Shown: positions 26,829 to 36,967 of the stretch, one piece after another
How positions within the stretch are numbered: the first letter of the stretch is position 1
How the letters are laid out: each line of letters begins with the position of its first letter
Source: a virus
Taxonomy: Duplodnaviria; Caudoviricetes
DNA length: 56,317 nt
Direction: 5' to 3' (one strand)
Virus record (IMG/VR): IMGVR_UViG_3300050138_000012
Span: 1-56,317 of that record
Made by a program: the position numbers and the translations under genes
Notes under the pieces: model-generated
The model's input: only the letters and a program-made list of their open reading frames with translations
What the model was told of the DNA's origin: nothing
Databases searched by the model: none

Positions 26829-29800
26829 ATGGCAGCAGCAGTTGGCGCAGGAGCCGCAGTAGTAGGAGTTGGTGCTCAGCTATTAGGTGGATCGCAGGGC
26901 AATCAAGGTACTGCCACTCAAGGCACCACAACGCCTCAAGTTCCTTCTTGGCTTCTCCCCTATCTTCAGCAGAATGCTGCTACAGCCAATACACTCGCTT
27001 CTCAGCCCTATCAACCATACACTGGACAACAAGTCAATCCCCTGACTGCTATGCAGAATCAGGCTGGAACCATGTCTCAGAGCTTAGCTGATAATGGTGC
27101 TGCCATCACAGGCATGAACGCTGCTAATGCCGTTCAAACAAACGTGGCTAACCAAGGGCAGAATGGTCTGAATCCAGCTACAATTCAGAGCTATATGAAC
27201 CCCTATACTAACTCTGTTATTGATGCAACCAATCTTAGGGCTCAACAACAAGAGCAGCTCCAGCAGAACCAACTTCAAGCCCAGCAAGGCCAAACAGGTG
27301 CTTTCGGTGGTTCAAGAGCATCATTGGCTCAGGGACAGCTACAATCTAACTTTGCTCAGCAACAGTCTCAGAATAACGCTACCATGATGCAGAATAACTT
27401 CACTAACGCTGAAAACATGGGTATGCAAGGCTTAGGCCAAGCTAATTCAGCAGCTCAGGGTATGATGCAATCCACTGCTGGAGCTCAGACTGCTCAATTA
27501 CAAAACATTGGAGCGCTGCAAACGGCTGGTGGCTTACAGCAAACCACAGGGCAAAATCAGGATAATGCAGCATATCAGGATTTCTTAACTCAACAGGCCT
27601 ATCCATATCAACAGCTTGCGAACTCTCAAAACATTCTTAATCCGATTGGCTCATTGACAACTGGAACTAATGCCACAGGTTTCACTCAACAAAGTGGATC
27701 GCCTGGTCTTCTGCAAACCGCCCTTGGCTCAGCTGCTGCTGGTGCAAGCATAGGTAATTCTTTAAGTGGCAGTAATGCTTTTGGGTTTTTAAATAGCAGT
27801 GCTCCTTACAATAGCAGTGCTACTGACAATAGCGGGATACCGTCTCTTTCTGATGCACAAGCTTCAGTAGCTGACGATACTGCAAATGTTGCAAATGGTT
27901 CTATCTCACAAGGAAATCTTGATTTCAGTCAAGCTGAGGTCAGTAATATTAGAGATGCTCTGGCAACAGGCGGCATGGTTCCTCACTCTAGGGGCTATGC
28001 ACAAGGCGGTCAAGTTCAGCAGCCATCTCTTTCAGACCATATCAATCATTTCATTGATACCTACGCTAAGCATTTTGCTAATGGCGGTTTGATCAAATCC
28101 GACAAGACAGACATTCCTGGTGTTCCTACGCAGTACGGTATGACGCAAGAAGAAATGCCTTACACCAGTCAAAAGCCTAAGTACTTAATTCCTGCGTATG
28201 CTAAGGGTGGGCAGATACCTTTGCAAAGTGGTTTAAGCGATGCAAATGTTCCTGGCATTAAGAGAGAACGTCAGCACTGGGGTAAGCCCTACGTGCCACA
28301 AACTAAGAACGATCCAGGCTACCTGCGACCTGACGTTAAGAATGCTCTGGCAACAGGCGGCATGATCGGTATCCCACAATTCTCTAATGGCGGGCTGACA
28401 GCTCACTACGGCATCCCTGGATTCGAGGAAGGTGGTGTTGCTCCTGACATTGGTCTTATTATGGGTGACGCTGACAATGGTCAGTCTGGTATTGATGCTA
28501 TGTTCGGCGATCCTACTCAAGCCGCATCTTCTACAAACACCATGACAACTCCAGGTTCTATCGCTGATGAGACACCTGAATATGCGGCATGGCGAGCTCA
28601 GCAAATGCAGTCATCCTCACCGACACTTGATAAGCTTTCTGCTTGGGCTGATCAACCCTCACCTCTGTGGAATATTGGCAATGGTCCGGCAGCTCCTCCC
28701 AATCCAACTACTGGACTAAACTTCAATCCTGGTGCTGGTACAAAGTCCGGCTCTGACTGGTCTACACCATCAGGAAATAGTGGAGGTTATGGTCCTGCAC
28801 AAGGCCCTGCGACAATGGGCAGTGTTGCTCATGGAGATATCAATTCTCTTGCAAATACTGTTTTAAATCCTCAAAGCACTAATGCTCCTGGGTCAGCGAA
28901 CTATGCACCTGATAAGGACTATGTAGGTAAAGCTGAAGATGCTGTGAGCAATCTGTTTAAGATGTTTGTGCCGTCTGGTAAAGTTGGCGATACTTCTGCA
29001 ACTGCCCCTACTAAGGATGCATCAGAGCCAACACCTCAGCAGCATGCGACTGATGTGGCTGCTAGTGGAGCTGCGGCTGATATTCTTGCAGCTGGAGGGA
29101 CTGAAGCACAAGCTAAATCTGCGTATATTGCCAAAGGTGGTAATCCCACTACATGGGCTGACGCATCAGCAAGCTTTGCTGGCGATAAGACAGGTACACG
29201 TGCAGCTGCTCCAGTTCAAAGGACATCAGCTATTGCCCCTGATGCCGGTCAGCAAACAAGCTCTGCAACTGGCGATATCGATAATACTATTAATAGCGGC
29301 GATACTCCTCAAGAGAAGTACGAGAAGTATCAGAACCTCATGATGAACAAGATCCTGAACGGCCCTGGTGGCCCTAATTCTAAAGTAAATCTCCCACTTC
29401 TCTCGATGGGTGCTGCGATTTTAGGCAACAGATCTAACAGTCTTGCTGGTGCTATTGGGGCAGGTGGTGAAGCTTACACTAAGACAGCTCAGGCACAGTC
29501 TGCTCAGAATATGGAACTTATGCAGAAGATGATGATGGCGCACTACTACGAAGGTAGAAACGGTATCCAACAGCAAAGAGTTGATCAGAATGCACCTCTC
29601 GTAGCAGCTAAGATCAATAATCTTGAGCAATTGCCACAGGGCGATCCGCAAAAGAAGCAGTATGACATGGCTGTTCAGAATGGTCTGAAGAATGGTATGT
29701 CAGCTCAGGATGCAAAAGCACAAGCTGCTGCTGCGTTCCCCGATAGTCTTACTACACCTAACACCTCTACTTCTGGACAAGCAGCGCCTGCTATCGGCGC

Positions 29801-29867
29801 TATCGTGGATGGTCATAGATTCTTGGGTGGCGATCCTTCTGATCCTAACAGCTGGGCGGCACAATAA
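26829..29867 (+). CDS. Internal virion / DNA ejection protein
   Basis: Hydrophobic Gly/Ala N-terminus, Gln-rich, YMNPY and GAFGGSR motifs, seven [FYL]xxGG repeats, C-terminal DGHRFLGGDP...W. Confidence 0.75.
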   Translation: MAAAVGAGAAVVGVGAQLLGGSQGNQGTATQGTTTPQVPSWLLPYLQQNAATANTLASQPYQPYTGQQVNPLTAMQNQAGTMSQSLADNGAAITGMNAANAVQTNVANQGQNGLNPATIQSYMNPYTNSVIDATNLRAQQQEQLQQNQLQAQQGQTGAFGGSRASLAQGQLQSNFAQQQSQNNATMMQNNFTNAENMGMQGLGQANSAAQGMMQSTAGAQTAQLQNIGALQTAGGLQQTTGQNQDNAAYQDFLTQQAYPYQQLANSQNILNPIGSLTTGTNATGFTQQSGSPGLLQTALGSAAAGASIGNSLSGSNAFGFLNSSAPYNSSATDNSGIPSLSDAQASVADDTANVANGSISQGNLDFSQAEVSNIRDALATGGMVPHSRGYAQGGQVQQPSLSDHINHFIDTYAKHFANGGLIKSDKTDIPGVPTQYGMTQEEMPYTSQKPKYLIPAYAKGGQIPLQSGLSDANVPGIKRERQHWGKPYVPQTKNDPGYLRPDVKNALATGGMIGIPQFSNGGLTAHYGIPGFEEGGVAPDIGLIMGDADNGQSGIDAMFGDPTQAASSTNTMTTPGSIADETPEYAAWRAQQMQSSSPTLDKLSAWADQPSPLWNIGNGPAAPPNPTTGLNFNPGAGTKSGSDWSTPSGNSGGYGPAQGPATMGSVAHGDINSLANTVLNPQSTNAPGSANYAPDKDYVGKAEDAVSNLFKMFVPSGKVGDTSATAPTKDASEPTPQQHATDVAASGAAADILAAGGTEAQAKSAYIAKGGNPTTWADASASFAGDKTGTRAAAPVQRTSAIAPDAGQQTSSATGDIDNTINSGDTPQEKYEKYQNLMMNKILNGPGGPNSKVNLPLLSMGAAILGNRSNSLAGAIGAGGEAYTKTAQAQSAQNMELMQKMMMAHYYEGRNGIQQQRVDQNAPLVAAKINNLEQLPQGDPQKKQYDMAVQNGLKNGMSAQDAKAQAAAAFPDSLTTPNTSTSGQAAPAIGAIVDGHRFLGGDPSDPNSWAAQ

Positions 29868-32800
29868 TGACTTCGGGACCTTGGGATAATTACACACCAT
29901 CTAGTCTGCCTCCTGCACTTACAGACATAGGGCCAGATCAAGGTGCTACGAGTGATGGTCCTACAGTACCGCAGCTGCTTGCCAGCAATCCTTCAGCTGG
30001 CCCTTGGGATAAATACGCAGCTCCTGTAGCTGATGGTCCTTGGTCTAAGTATGCCTCTATGAACACCCCTGCTGCCAGCGATGACGGGGAAGCTTACAAA
30101 GGTCTTCGCAGAGGCTTGACTGAGACTGGTGAAGCTTTAAAGATGCTTCCTGATGTAGCTGAGGCCTCATTCAATAAGCACATTGCCCCTGTATTTGACC
30201 AAGATAAGATTAAACAAGATGCATTAGCATATCAGAAAGCTATCGATGCTTCTAATGCACAATATCCCGATGCAGTTCCTTCCTATAAAGACATACACAG
30301 TGCATCAGATCTTGCAAAATACGGTGCCAGTGCCTTAGGTGGCGCTGCTCCTGGTCTTGCGATGATGGCAATTCCTGGTGGTTTTGCAGGCAGTATGGCT
30401 AAAGAAGGTGCAGAATTGGCTGCTAAAGAAGCTGTTCAGTCTGCTGCTGTTGAGGCTATCGGTGGTCTCAGTGAACAAGCTGGTACAAAGATTGCCGACA
30501 AAGCAGCACAATCATTCATAAATAAAGCAACTGTTGCTGGCTCTGCAGCTGGTGCTGCTTCAACTGCTATCCCTCAAGACTACACATCATGGTTGAACCG
30601 TGGAGTTGATGCTCCTGATACAGCCATCTTTGCTGGTGGTGTGACGGGCGGTCTAATGGCCGTGATGCCAGGAACTGTTATGGGCAAGGTCTTAGGTGAT
30701 GACCTAGGCTCTCAGGTATTAGGCGCTAATTTAATGGAGAAGGTCGGTATCAGATCACCTCTCATCCAGAAAGTTCTTTCACATGCTGTTGTAGGTGCGG
30801 CTGAACTTGGTACTGCTGGGGCCACAGCTGAAGGATTGAATTTACTTGCTGAGCATGAGATAGGTTTAAATCCTAATCTCTACACTAAAGAGAATCTCAA
30901 TCGTGTATTCGAAGCTGGTTTTACAAACGCTATAGGCGGTGCTATTATGGGTGCTGCAGCTGCTCCATTCATCAACCATGCAGAACTGGGTACTACTCTA
31001 TCTAAGGAGGGGAATAGGCCTGCTAATGTAAAGCCTTTAGATTTGACTTCTACTGAGCATACCAAAGCATTTCAAGAAGCCCAAGATCTTAAAGAGAAGA
31101 CTGCTGTTACAGCTGAACAGAAACAAGCCGTAGCTGATGACAAGATGAATGTGGGTATTAAGAACGATGATATCAAAGCTCAAGTGGCAGCTGGTCCTTC
31201 GCATTCTGAAGACGCTCAACTTACACCTGTCTGGATGTCTAAAGAACAGGTGAAGAAATATCAGGATATGGGTCTTAGCGTAGAAGACATGCAGAAAATC
31301 AATCCTCTTGATCAGATCTTTGCTGAACATCTTATCGCCGAATCTCAAGATCCTAAGAACAAAACCTTCGATGACTATTCTAAAGCACCTGAAGGAACTG
31401 ATCCAAGACCATTAGAAAAAGTTGGTATTAAGGATCAAAATCGACTACAGGAATGGTCTGATGAGGCGCTAAACGCTAAGTTCCAACGTACCACACCTAC
31501 TCTGGATTCATTTAAATCTTGGTTCGGTGGTAGCAAGGTAGTGGATGCTCAAGGTCAACCCCAAGTCATGTACCATGGCACTAGTAAAGATGTTGACTTT
31601 AAAAGATTTAATATCGGTCAAAGAGGAGCCTGGTTTCATCCAGATCCAAAAGAAGCCAGTATGTATGCCGAAAGCAATGACAGCCAAGGACATAAATTAG
31701 ATCCGGATAAACCTGGTTGGAATTTAATTCCTACGAATACTCGCTCTAGAGTAATCCCCACGTATTTAAAAATGGAAAATCCCTATTTCCCTTCTTCTGA
31801 AGACTACAAAAAACTTTATGGCGATGGGAATGGTAATTCTTATCAGAAAAATCAAAGAGACATAGCGAATAAGGCAAAAAAGCTTGGTCATGATGGCATA
31901 GTTCTGCCTGGCGGCACTCACGTGGTATTCGATCCTAGGCAGATTAAGTCTATTTGGAATGGAGAATTTGATCCGCATGATTCTAAATTTCAGCGTTCCC
32001 TAACAGGGCACCCTAATCTCCACCAATCCTTCTTGCAAGCTCACACATTTGGTAATGCTTTCGAAGGCCTTGAGCATACTAAAGAAGGACTAGAGAAGCA
32101 TGTCGATGTAGCCAATGCTCTGAATAGAATCGGTCAAGAGCTTACTGGCTCGGCTAAGTTTAAGTTCTGGGACCATCTTCAAACACGTTTTGAAAAAGAC
32201 CCTGTGCGTGGTGCGCAATACCTGAATATGATACACGTCGCCATCAATGATAGTACCTCCTTTGCCAATGCCAAAGAAACGCTCTACCATGAAGTTTGGC
32301 ATTACTTAGAGGGCAATGGCTTTATTACTGATGCGGATAGAGCCTTGTTCGATAAGAACCGTGACCTCGCTATAGAGTACATGCGTAAAGATGGATGGTT
32401 AAAGGATCAAGACTATGATCACTTGATGAAGACCCAAGAAGGTCGTGAAGAAATTAGAGCCAATATGTATGGTAAAATGTCAAGGGAAATGAACCTTGAT
32501 AATAAGAATACATTGCCAGGAATATTCAAAGGCATGTTTGGCAAAGCTAGATCGCTAATACAGCGGATTAAGTATATGCTAAAGGGTCAAGATATTAAGG
32601 CCCTACAAGACTTTGTTCGAAACACTAGTGAAGGCGGTAAGATGGATCAAGAAGGTAAAGGAACTGTAGAGAAAGGAAGAGGTCAAGAGCCTATATCATC
32701 TGTAGAGAAGATCCATGAAAATCTAATGTATAATGCAGCTACGTTCAGAGCACAGCGCATGGAACAGTCTCAAAGAAAAGCTGAAAGTGATGAAGCTATG

Positions 32801-35800
32801 GCTAAGCACAGAGAGATCTTACAGCAATACGTAGATGGTAAAGTACCGTTTAGAGATGCAGTAAAATCCTCTGTAATCTTTGATAAGAATCGTATGATAA
32901 GGGACAATGTAGGTGATAGGGCTCTATGGGCTCAATGGCTCCAAACCCCTGCTAGGCTATCTGAAGAAAGCCCTTTCTTCTCTTTGCTTACTAATCACTT
33001 CCGTAATATTAAAAATTCTACAGCTAATCATATGTCTCGCTATAATGAATCCTTGAAAGAATGGAACAAGGCTGACCCTATGCTGAAGGCACAGGTAGGA
33101 GATCTTACAGCTAAAATGAAGATTGCAGGGCTAAAAAGCAAACTTAACCCAGATGGTCAGATGGAGTTTATGAATGAGAGTGGGAGCATTATACATCTTC
33201 TTAAAGACAAAGAGGCTTCCACCCTATACGGCCATTTACAAAAGGCAATGGCAGATGTTCATGAAGACCGACTGAACGGTTATAAAACCAAGGCGCGTGA
33301 AGTATTCAAAGACATCCTTCCAAAAGATTACCATACAGCTGAAGTAGACTCAGCTATACTGGCTTTGCACGGCACAGATAAAATCTCTTCAGAACGTATG
33401 GATATGCTGAAAGAACTCTCGGAGAACCTGCATAACTCTGATGTTATGAAGATGCACGACTATATTCCATTCTCTCGCTTCGGTCATTTTGGTATTACCG
33501 TCAGAGATCGTAACCAGCCAGTGTTAGATAAGAATGGTAAGAAGACAGGCGACTACAAGCAGGTTGCGCTGCACACGGTTGAATCCCAGCACTTTAATGT
33601 TCCTGGCAATCGTGGCAACTATAACATGCACCAACTGCAAAGAGAAGTCGCTAAGATCAAGGCCTTATACAGCGACACTAAGCGCTATGATGTTATTGGC
33701 GGTCAAGGCAAGATTACCAACTTTGATGATCATACTAAGATCCACCCATTCACCATTGATAAAAATGCTGTCGGCAATCAATTAGACCCACGTTATCTGA
33801 ACACTGAACTCCTGACCTCAATGATCAACTCGTCCTCTATGGACCCAGAAATGCATAAAGAGATTAAAGAGAAGCTGATGGGTGTGGTGGATGCTGAAGC
33901 CAATCGTAGAAGCTTTGGTAAGTTGTTTGGTAAGAGTGAGAAAACAGCGGGATACTCACAAGACTGGAACAGAGTGATACACACTTACGCTTCCGGATCT
34001 GCTCATATCTTGTCTAATCTGGAACATGCTCAAGATCGCGCTGCTTTAGACGCAGCTGTTAAGACCTTAGCCGATCATGGACTGCGTAAGCAGAGTGAAG
34101 CCTATATGTCTTATGTAGGAAAGCCTCAGGACGACTTACAAACCCTAAGAGCCTTCAATTACCTGTGGGCGATGGGTGGTAATTTCTCCTCAATGCTGGT
34201 TCAAATGTCAACATTGCCAACTATGTCATTAGGTCAGATGTGTAAGTACTCGCCTCATGTCCTACAAAATATGACCCTGATCGGTAAGCAATTTGTACAT
34301 GCTGCTGTCTATTACGCAAAAGGTGCAGATCACGCAGCTTTAGAGCACATGGTTAAGTCTGGTCGCTGGACTGTTGATCAAGCCAATACCTTCAGACGTG
34401 CAGAGATGGACTCTCATATCCAATCCCCCTCCCAATTAGAAGCTTTGGGTCAAAGACCTTATGAGAGGGAATCTGATGCAGGTAAGTTCAAGGGCAAGGT
34501 TAAATCCATTACCAATATGCTTTCCCTGCCTGTGTTTGTAGGTGAGCAAATAACCAGAGCCGCCACCTTTATGGCCACTCATGAGATGTTACAGGATAAG
34601 GCGGTAATGGATCGGTTTGAGAAAGTTCATAAGAACGATATGAATTGGCAAACCCAGAAATCAACCAATAACAAGCTATCTCCTGCCGAGAATGCGGGCA
34701 GGTATGTTCTTGATACGGCACACGGAGTATATGGCAAAGAGGGCAGGGTTGCAACGTATCGGGGTGTTGGTGGGGCATTATTCTTTCCTTTTATGACTTT
34801 CCCCCATAGAGCAATTGAGAGAATGATTACAGAGACCCATAAACAGGGCTCAGAGGGCCGTATAGCGCTTGGAGTTACTTTAGGTGCCTTAGCCCTCACC
34901 TCTGGTCTGATGGGCCTTCCTGGGGCTTCTGCAGCCACTAAATTAGCAGATGAATATGAAAAGCGCCACAAAGGTATCGAAACTAATACTGAGCAGATGA
35001 TTTATGAGAAGATGGCCCATATGACAGGGGATAGCCCTACAGCTGCTAAGATGCTTACTTACGGGGTAGGCAGAGCCTTCTTAGGGACAACCATTGGGGC
35101 TAGGTTTGGTCTTCCTGAATTGCCAATGCAGAATGCTTTGTTTAACTTCTTAGGAGTGGGTACGTCTACTCCCTCTAGCCAATACGGCGTAGAAGGTTCG
35201 ATTATTAGTTCATTTGGAAATGCTTATAATGCCTATCAACAAGGCTTGGGTCCAGCTACGGTTGCTGGGGCTATGATGCCTAATGGCATTGCAAATCTAT
35301 TTAAAGCTTATGATTTATCTCAGAATGGACTTAGAGCTGGTGGTAAAGATCCCCAGACTATTATACCACCTAAAGATGTGAGTGTAGGAACCATACTCAG
35401 TAAGATGGGTGGAATAACTTCAGATCAAATAGCTTCAATGAAAACAATCTTCTATGCTGCTAAGCTCGATAAGAGCGCAGGGAAGTATGCTGGTGCCTTT
35501 GATAGGTTTAAGGAGCAGGGCATCTCTCTGGCTACGCAAAGGGATAAGGCTGCTGCTAGAGGCGATGGTGCGGGGGTATCAGACTACACTAATCAAATTA
35601 ACAGTCTTTTGGCTGATGCTCGGCAGTTCGTTAAAGAGAACCCAGGGGCTAAGTATCCTACGACACTAATTCGAGAGATCAATATGGAAGCAAGGCAGAG
35701 AGCCACTGGTGCCTTCCCACAAGCTAAGAACTACCAACAGAGACAGCAAGCAACGGAAACAAGCAAACTTTACGGATACCCAGGAGTGTATGATGGTGCA

Positions 35801-35809
35801 GTTAAATAG
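29867..35809 (+). CDS. Large polyvalent internal virion protein (ART-like + HExxH metallopeptidase + PLxRFG)
   Basis: FKSWFGGSKVVD..G.P.VMYHGT...VVFDPRQIKS; TLYHEVWHY...EE.RA; DYIPFSRFG; three N-terminal GPWxxY. Confidence 0.8.
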   Translation: MTSGPWDNYTPSSLPPALTDIGPDQGATSDGPTVPQLLASNPSAGPWDKYAAPVADGPWSKYASMNTPAASDDGEAYKGLRRGLTETGEALKMLPDVAEASFNKHIAPVFDQDKIKQDALAYQKAIDASNAQYPDAVPSYKDIHSASDLAKYGASALGGAAPGLAMMAIPGGFAGSMAKEGAELAAKEAVQSAAVEAIGGLSEQAGTKIADKAAQSFINKATVAGSAAGAASTAIPQDYTSWLNRGVDAPDTAIFAGGVTGGLMAVMPGTVMGKVLGDDLGSQVLGANLMEKVGIRSPLIQKVLSHAVVGAAELGTAGATAEGLNLLAEHEIGLNPNLYTKENLNRVFEAGFTNAIGGAIMGAAAAPFINHAELGTTLSKEGNRPANVKPLDLTSTEHTKAFQEAQDLKEKTAVTAEQKQAVADDKMNVGIKNDDIKAQVAAGPSHSEDAQLTPVWMSKEQVKKYQDMGLSVEDMQKINPLDQIFAEHLIAESQDPKNKTFDDYSKAPEGTDPRPLEKVGIKDQNRLQEWSDEALNAKFQRTTPTLDSFKSWFGGSKVVDAQGQPQVMYHGTSKDVDFKRFNIGQRGAWFHPDPKEASMYAESNDSQGHKLDPDKPGWNLIPTNTRSRVIPTYLKMENPYFPSSEDYKKLYGDGNGNSYQKNQRDIANKAKKLGHDGIVLPGGTHVVFDPRQIKSIWNGEFDPHDSKFQRSLTGHPNLHQSFLQAHTFGNAFEGLEHTKEGLEKHVDVANALNRIGQELTGSAKFKFWDHLQTRFEKDPVRGAQYLNMIHVAINDSTSFANAKETLYHEVWHYLEGNGFITDADRALFDKNRDLAIEYMRKDGWLKDQDYDHLMKTQEGREEIRANMYGKMSREMNLDNKNTLPGIFKGMFGKARSLIQRIKYMLKGQDIKALQDFVRNTSEGGKMDQEGKGTVEKGRGQEPISSVEKIHENLMYNAATFRAQRMEQSQRKAESDEAMAKHREILQQYVDGKVPFRDAVKSSVIFDKNRMIRDNVGDRALWAQWLQTPARLSEESPFFSLLTNHFRNIKNSTANHMSRYNESLKEWNKADPMLKAQVGDLTAKMKIAGLKSKLNPDGQMEFMNESGSIIHLLKDKEASTLYGHLQKAMADVHEDRLNGYKTKAREVFKDILPKDYHTAEVDSAILALHGTDKISSERMDMLKELSENLHNSDVMKMHDYIPFSRFGHFGITVRDRNQPVLDKNGKKTGDYKQVALHTVESQHFNVPGNRGNYNMHQLQREVAKIKALYSDTKRYDVIGGQGKITNFDDHTKIHPFTIDKNAVGNQLDPRYLNTELLTSMINSSSMDPEMHKEIKEKLMGVVDAEANRRSFGKLFGKSEKTAGYSQDWNRVIHTYASGSAHILSNLEHAQDRAALDAAVKTLADHGLRKQSEAYMSYVGKPQDDLQTLRAFNYLWAMGGNFSSMLVQMSTLPTMSLGQMCKYSPHVLQNMTLIGKQFVHAAVYYAKGADHAALEHMVKSGRWTVDQANTFRRAEMDSHIQSPSQLEALGQRPYERESDAGKFKGKVKSITNMLSLPVFVGEQITRAATFMATHEMLQDKAVMDRFEKVHKNDMNWQTQKSTNNKLSPAENAGRYVLDTAHGVYGKEGRVATYRGVGGALFFPFMTFPHRAIERMITETHKQGSEGRIALGVTLGALALTSGLMGLPGASAATKLADEYEKRHKGIETNTEQMIYEKMAHMTGDSPTAAKMLTYGVGRAFLGTTIGARFGLPELPMQNALFNFLGVGTSTPSSQYGVEGSIISSFGNAYNAYQQGLGPATVAGAMMPNGIANLFKAYDLSQNGLRAGGKDPQTIIPPKDVSVGTILSKMGGITSDQIASMKTIFYAAKLDKSAGKYAGAFDRFKEQGISLATQRDKAAARGDGAGVSDYTNQINSLLADARQFVKENPGAKYPTTLIREINMEARQRATGAFPQAKNYQQRQQATETSKLYGYPGVYDGAVK

Positions 35810-35829
35810 CAAACAAGGAGTACAGCGGC

Positions 35830-36066
35830 GTGGCAAGTGATGATGAACTACTCAGCTACATTAAAGATAGTGTAGATAAACTTCATGAGAAGGTGGATAC
35901 AGGCTTTACAGCTGTTGATGGTCGCCTTAAAGAACTGGAGATTGAAAAGGCCCGTGTTGGCGGTTATAGAGCAGCGGGTGCTAAGATTATCAGTGTGATT
36001 TGGGGATTGCTTGGTGGCGTCTGTAGTTCGATTGTTACTTGGGCCATTTACGCCCACAAGCAGTAG
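35830..36066 (+). CDS. Small coiled-coil protein with C-terminal TM helix (holin/XhlA-like)
   Basis: AAGGAG RBS, GTG start; hydrophobic C-terminus. Confidence 0.6.
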   Translation: MASDDELLSYIKDSVDKLHEKVDTGFTAVDGRLKELEIEKARVGGYRAAGAKIISVIWGLLGGVCSSIVTWAIYAHKQ

Positions 36067-36363
36067 AATCCGCTTTTCTATCGCCACACGCTTAGAATGA
36101 TCTGCTGTCATAGCGCCATGAATATCTGGATAGATATCTTTATCATATAATTCTATGTGCTTATTGCATGCATAGCACTGTAGTTCTTCTGGACGAACCA
36201 TCAATTGAGAGTAATATTCAGGATAGTCTATTAATTCACCTACTCTATAGTTTAAAGTAGGTAGAATATGATATTTATTAAGTCGCCAGTCGTGGTATCC
36301 AAACACACACAGGTATTTACGTTTACTTTTAAACCAACGCTTAACTCTTTTAACTATTGACAT
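35848..36363 (-). CDS. Hypothetical protein (C..GYHDW, CxxC), last gene of minus arm
   Basis: N-terminal ~100 aa fill an otherwise empty gap; 3' part overlaps the opposite-strand gene. Confidence 0.45.
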   Translation of the reverse strand: MSIVKRVKRWFKSKRKYLCVFGYHDWRLNKYHILPTLNYRVGELIDYPEYYSQLMVRPEELQCYACNKHIELYDKDIYPDIHGAMTADHSKRVAIEKRILLLVGVNGPSNNRTTDATKQSPNHTDNLSTRCSITANTGLFNLQFFKATINSCKACIHLLMKFIYTIFNVAE

Positions 36364-36569
36364 ACTCTACTCTGATCTCTTGTTACCACGTAGTCTTCCA
36401 TCTGACTATCGATTTCATCGCATTTAGCACAAGTCTTCAGTTCATCTGCAGCTTCTTTCTGCTGAGCCTGAGTATACGCTACGATTGGGGGACAGATATT
36501 ATTACTCTCGACCGGCGTACATCCGCTTAAGAAGAGTATCGAGATCAGGACGATGAGTTGCGATTTCAA
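36354..36569 (-). CDS. Putative o-spanin lipoprotein (Rz1-like)
   Basis: Signal peptide with lipobox LSGC, overlaps i-spanin candidate. Confidence 0.65.
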   Translation of the reverse strand: MKSQLIVLISILFLSGCTPVESNNICPPIVAYTQAQQKEAADELKTCAKCDEIDSQMEDYVVTRDQSRVCQ

Positions 36570-36762
36570 GTTGCTTATCCTTTATAACGAATGATTGCTG
36601 CATAGCTTGTGCCTGACAGGCTTGAAAACCCAGATGGTGGTCGTACAGCAATGCCCCACTCAAACCCAGTACAATAAAGAAATAGATTACTGACGTAGTA
36701 GACGCACTACTTAGTAGGCTCAATAGTATTTTCAGCATTACTCTTACTCCCAATAGCATCAA
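36502..36762 (-). CDS. Putative i-spanin (Rz-like)
   Basis: N-terminal TM segment then helical region; true start probably a downstream Met. Confidence 0.55.
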   Translation of the reverse strand: MMLLGVRVMLKILLSLLSSASTTSVIYFFIVLGLSGALLYDHHLGFQACQAQAMQQSFVIKDKQLEIATHRPDLDTLLKRMYAGRE

Positions 36763-36952
36763 TTAAATTACCACCATGCTTGCCGCCTAGGTATCCAGCA
36801 GTGTAGGTAGTTACAAACATAGACATATCTTGTCCAGTCATGAATACGTGATAAGCAGCAGGAAAGAAGGATAGGAAGTAGACAAGTCTAGAGATGGAGT
36901 ATTTACCAACCCCAGAATTATCTACTTCCTTAAAGAAATCTGCGAGAGACAT
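36707..36952 (-). CDS. Putative holin
   Basis: AAGGA RBS; GKYSISRL followed by two short hydrophobic segments; in lysis cassette. Confidence 0.55.
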   Translation of the reverse strand: MSLADFFKEVDNSGVGKYSISRLVYFLSFFPAAYHVFMTGQDMSMFVTTYTAGYLGGKHGGNLIDAIGSKSNAENTIEPTK

Positions 36953-36967
36953 CTTATCCTTTATTAG

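Noticed and set aside
5549-35669. Numerous antisense and alternate-frame ORFs in the track (e.g. 13388-13993, 17844-18632, 8613-9170)
   Set aside because: Shadow frames of strongly supported genes with biased codon usage; no RBS or motifs
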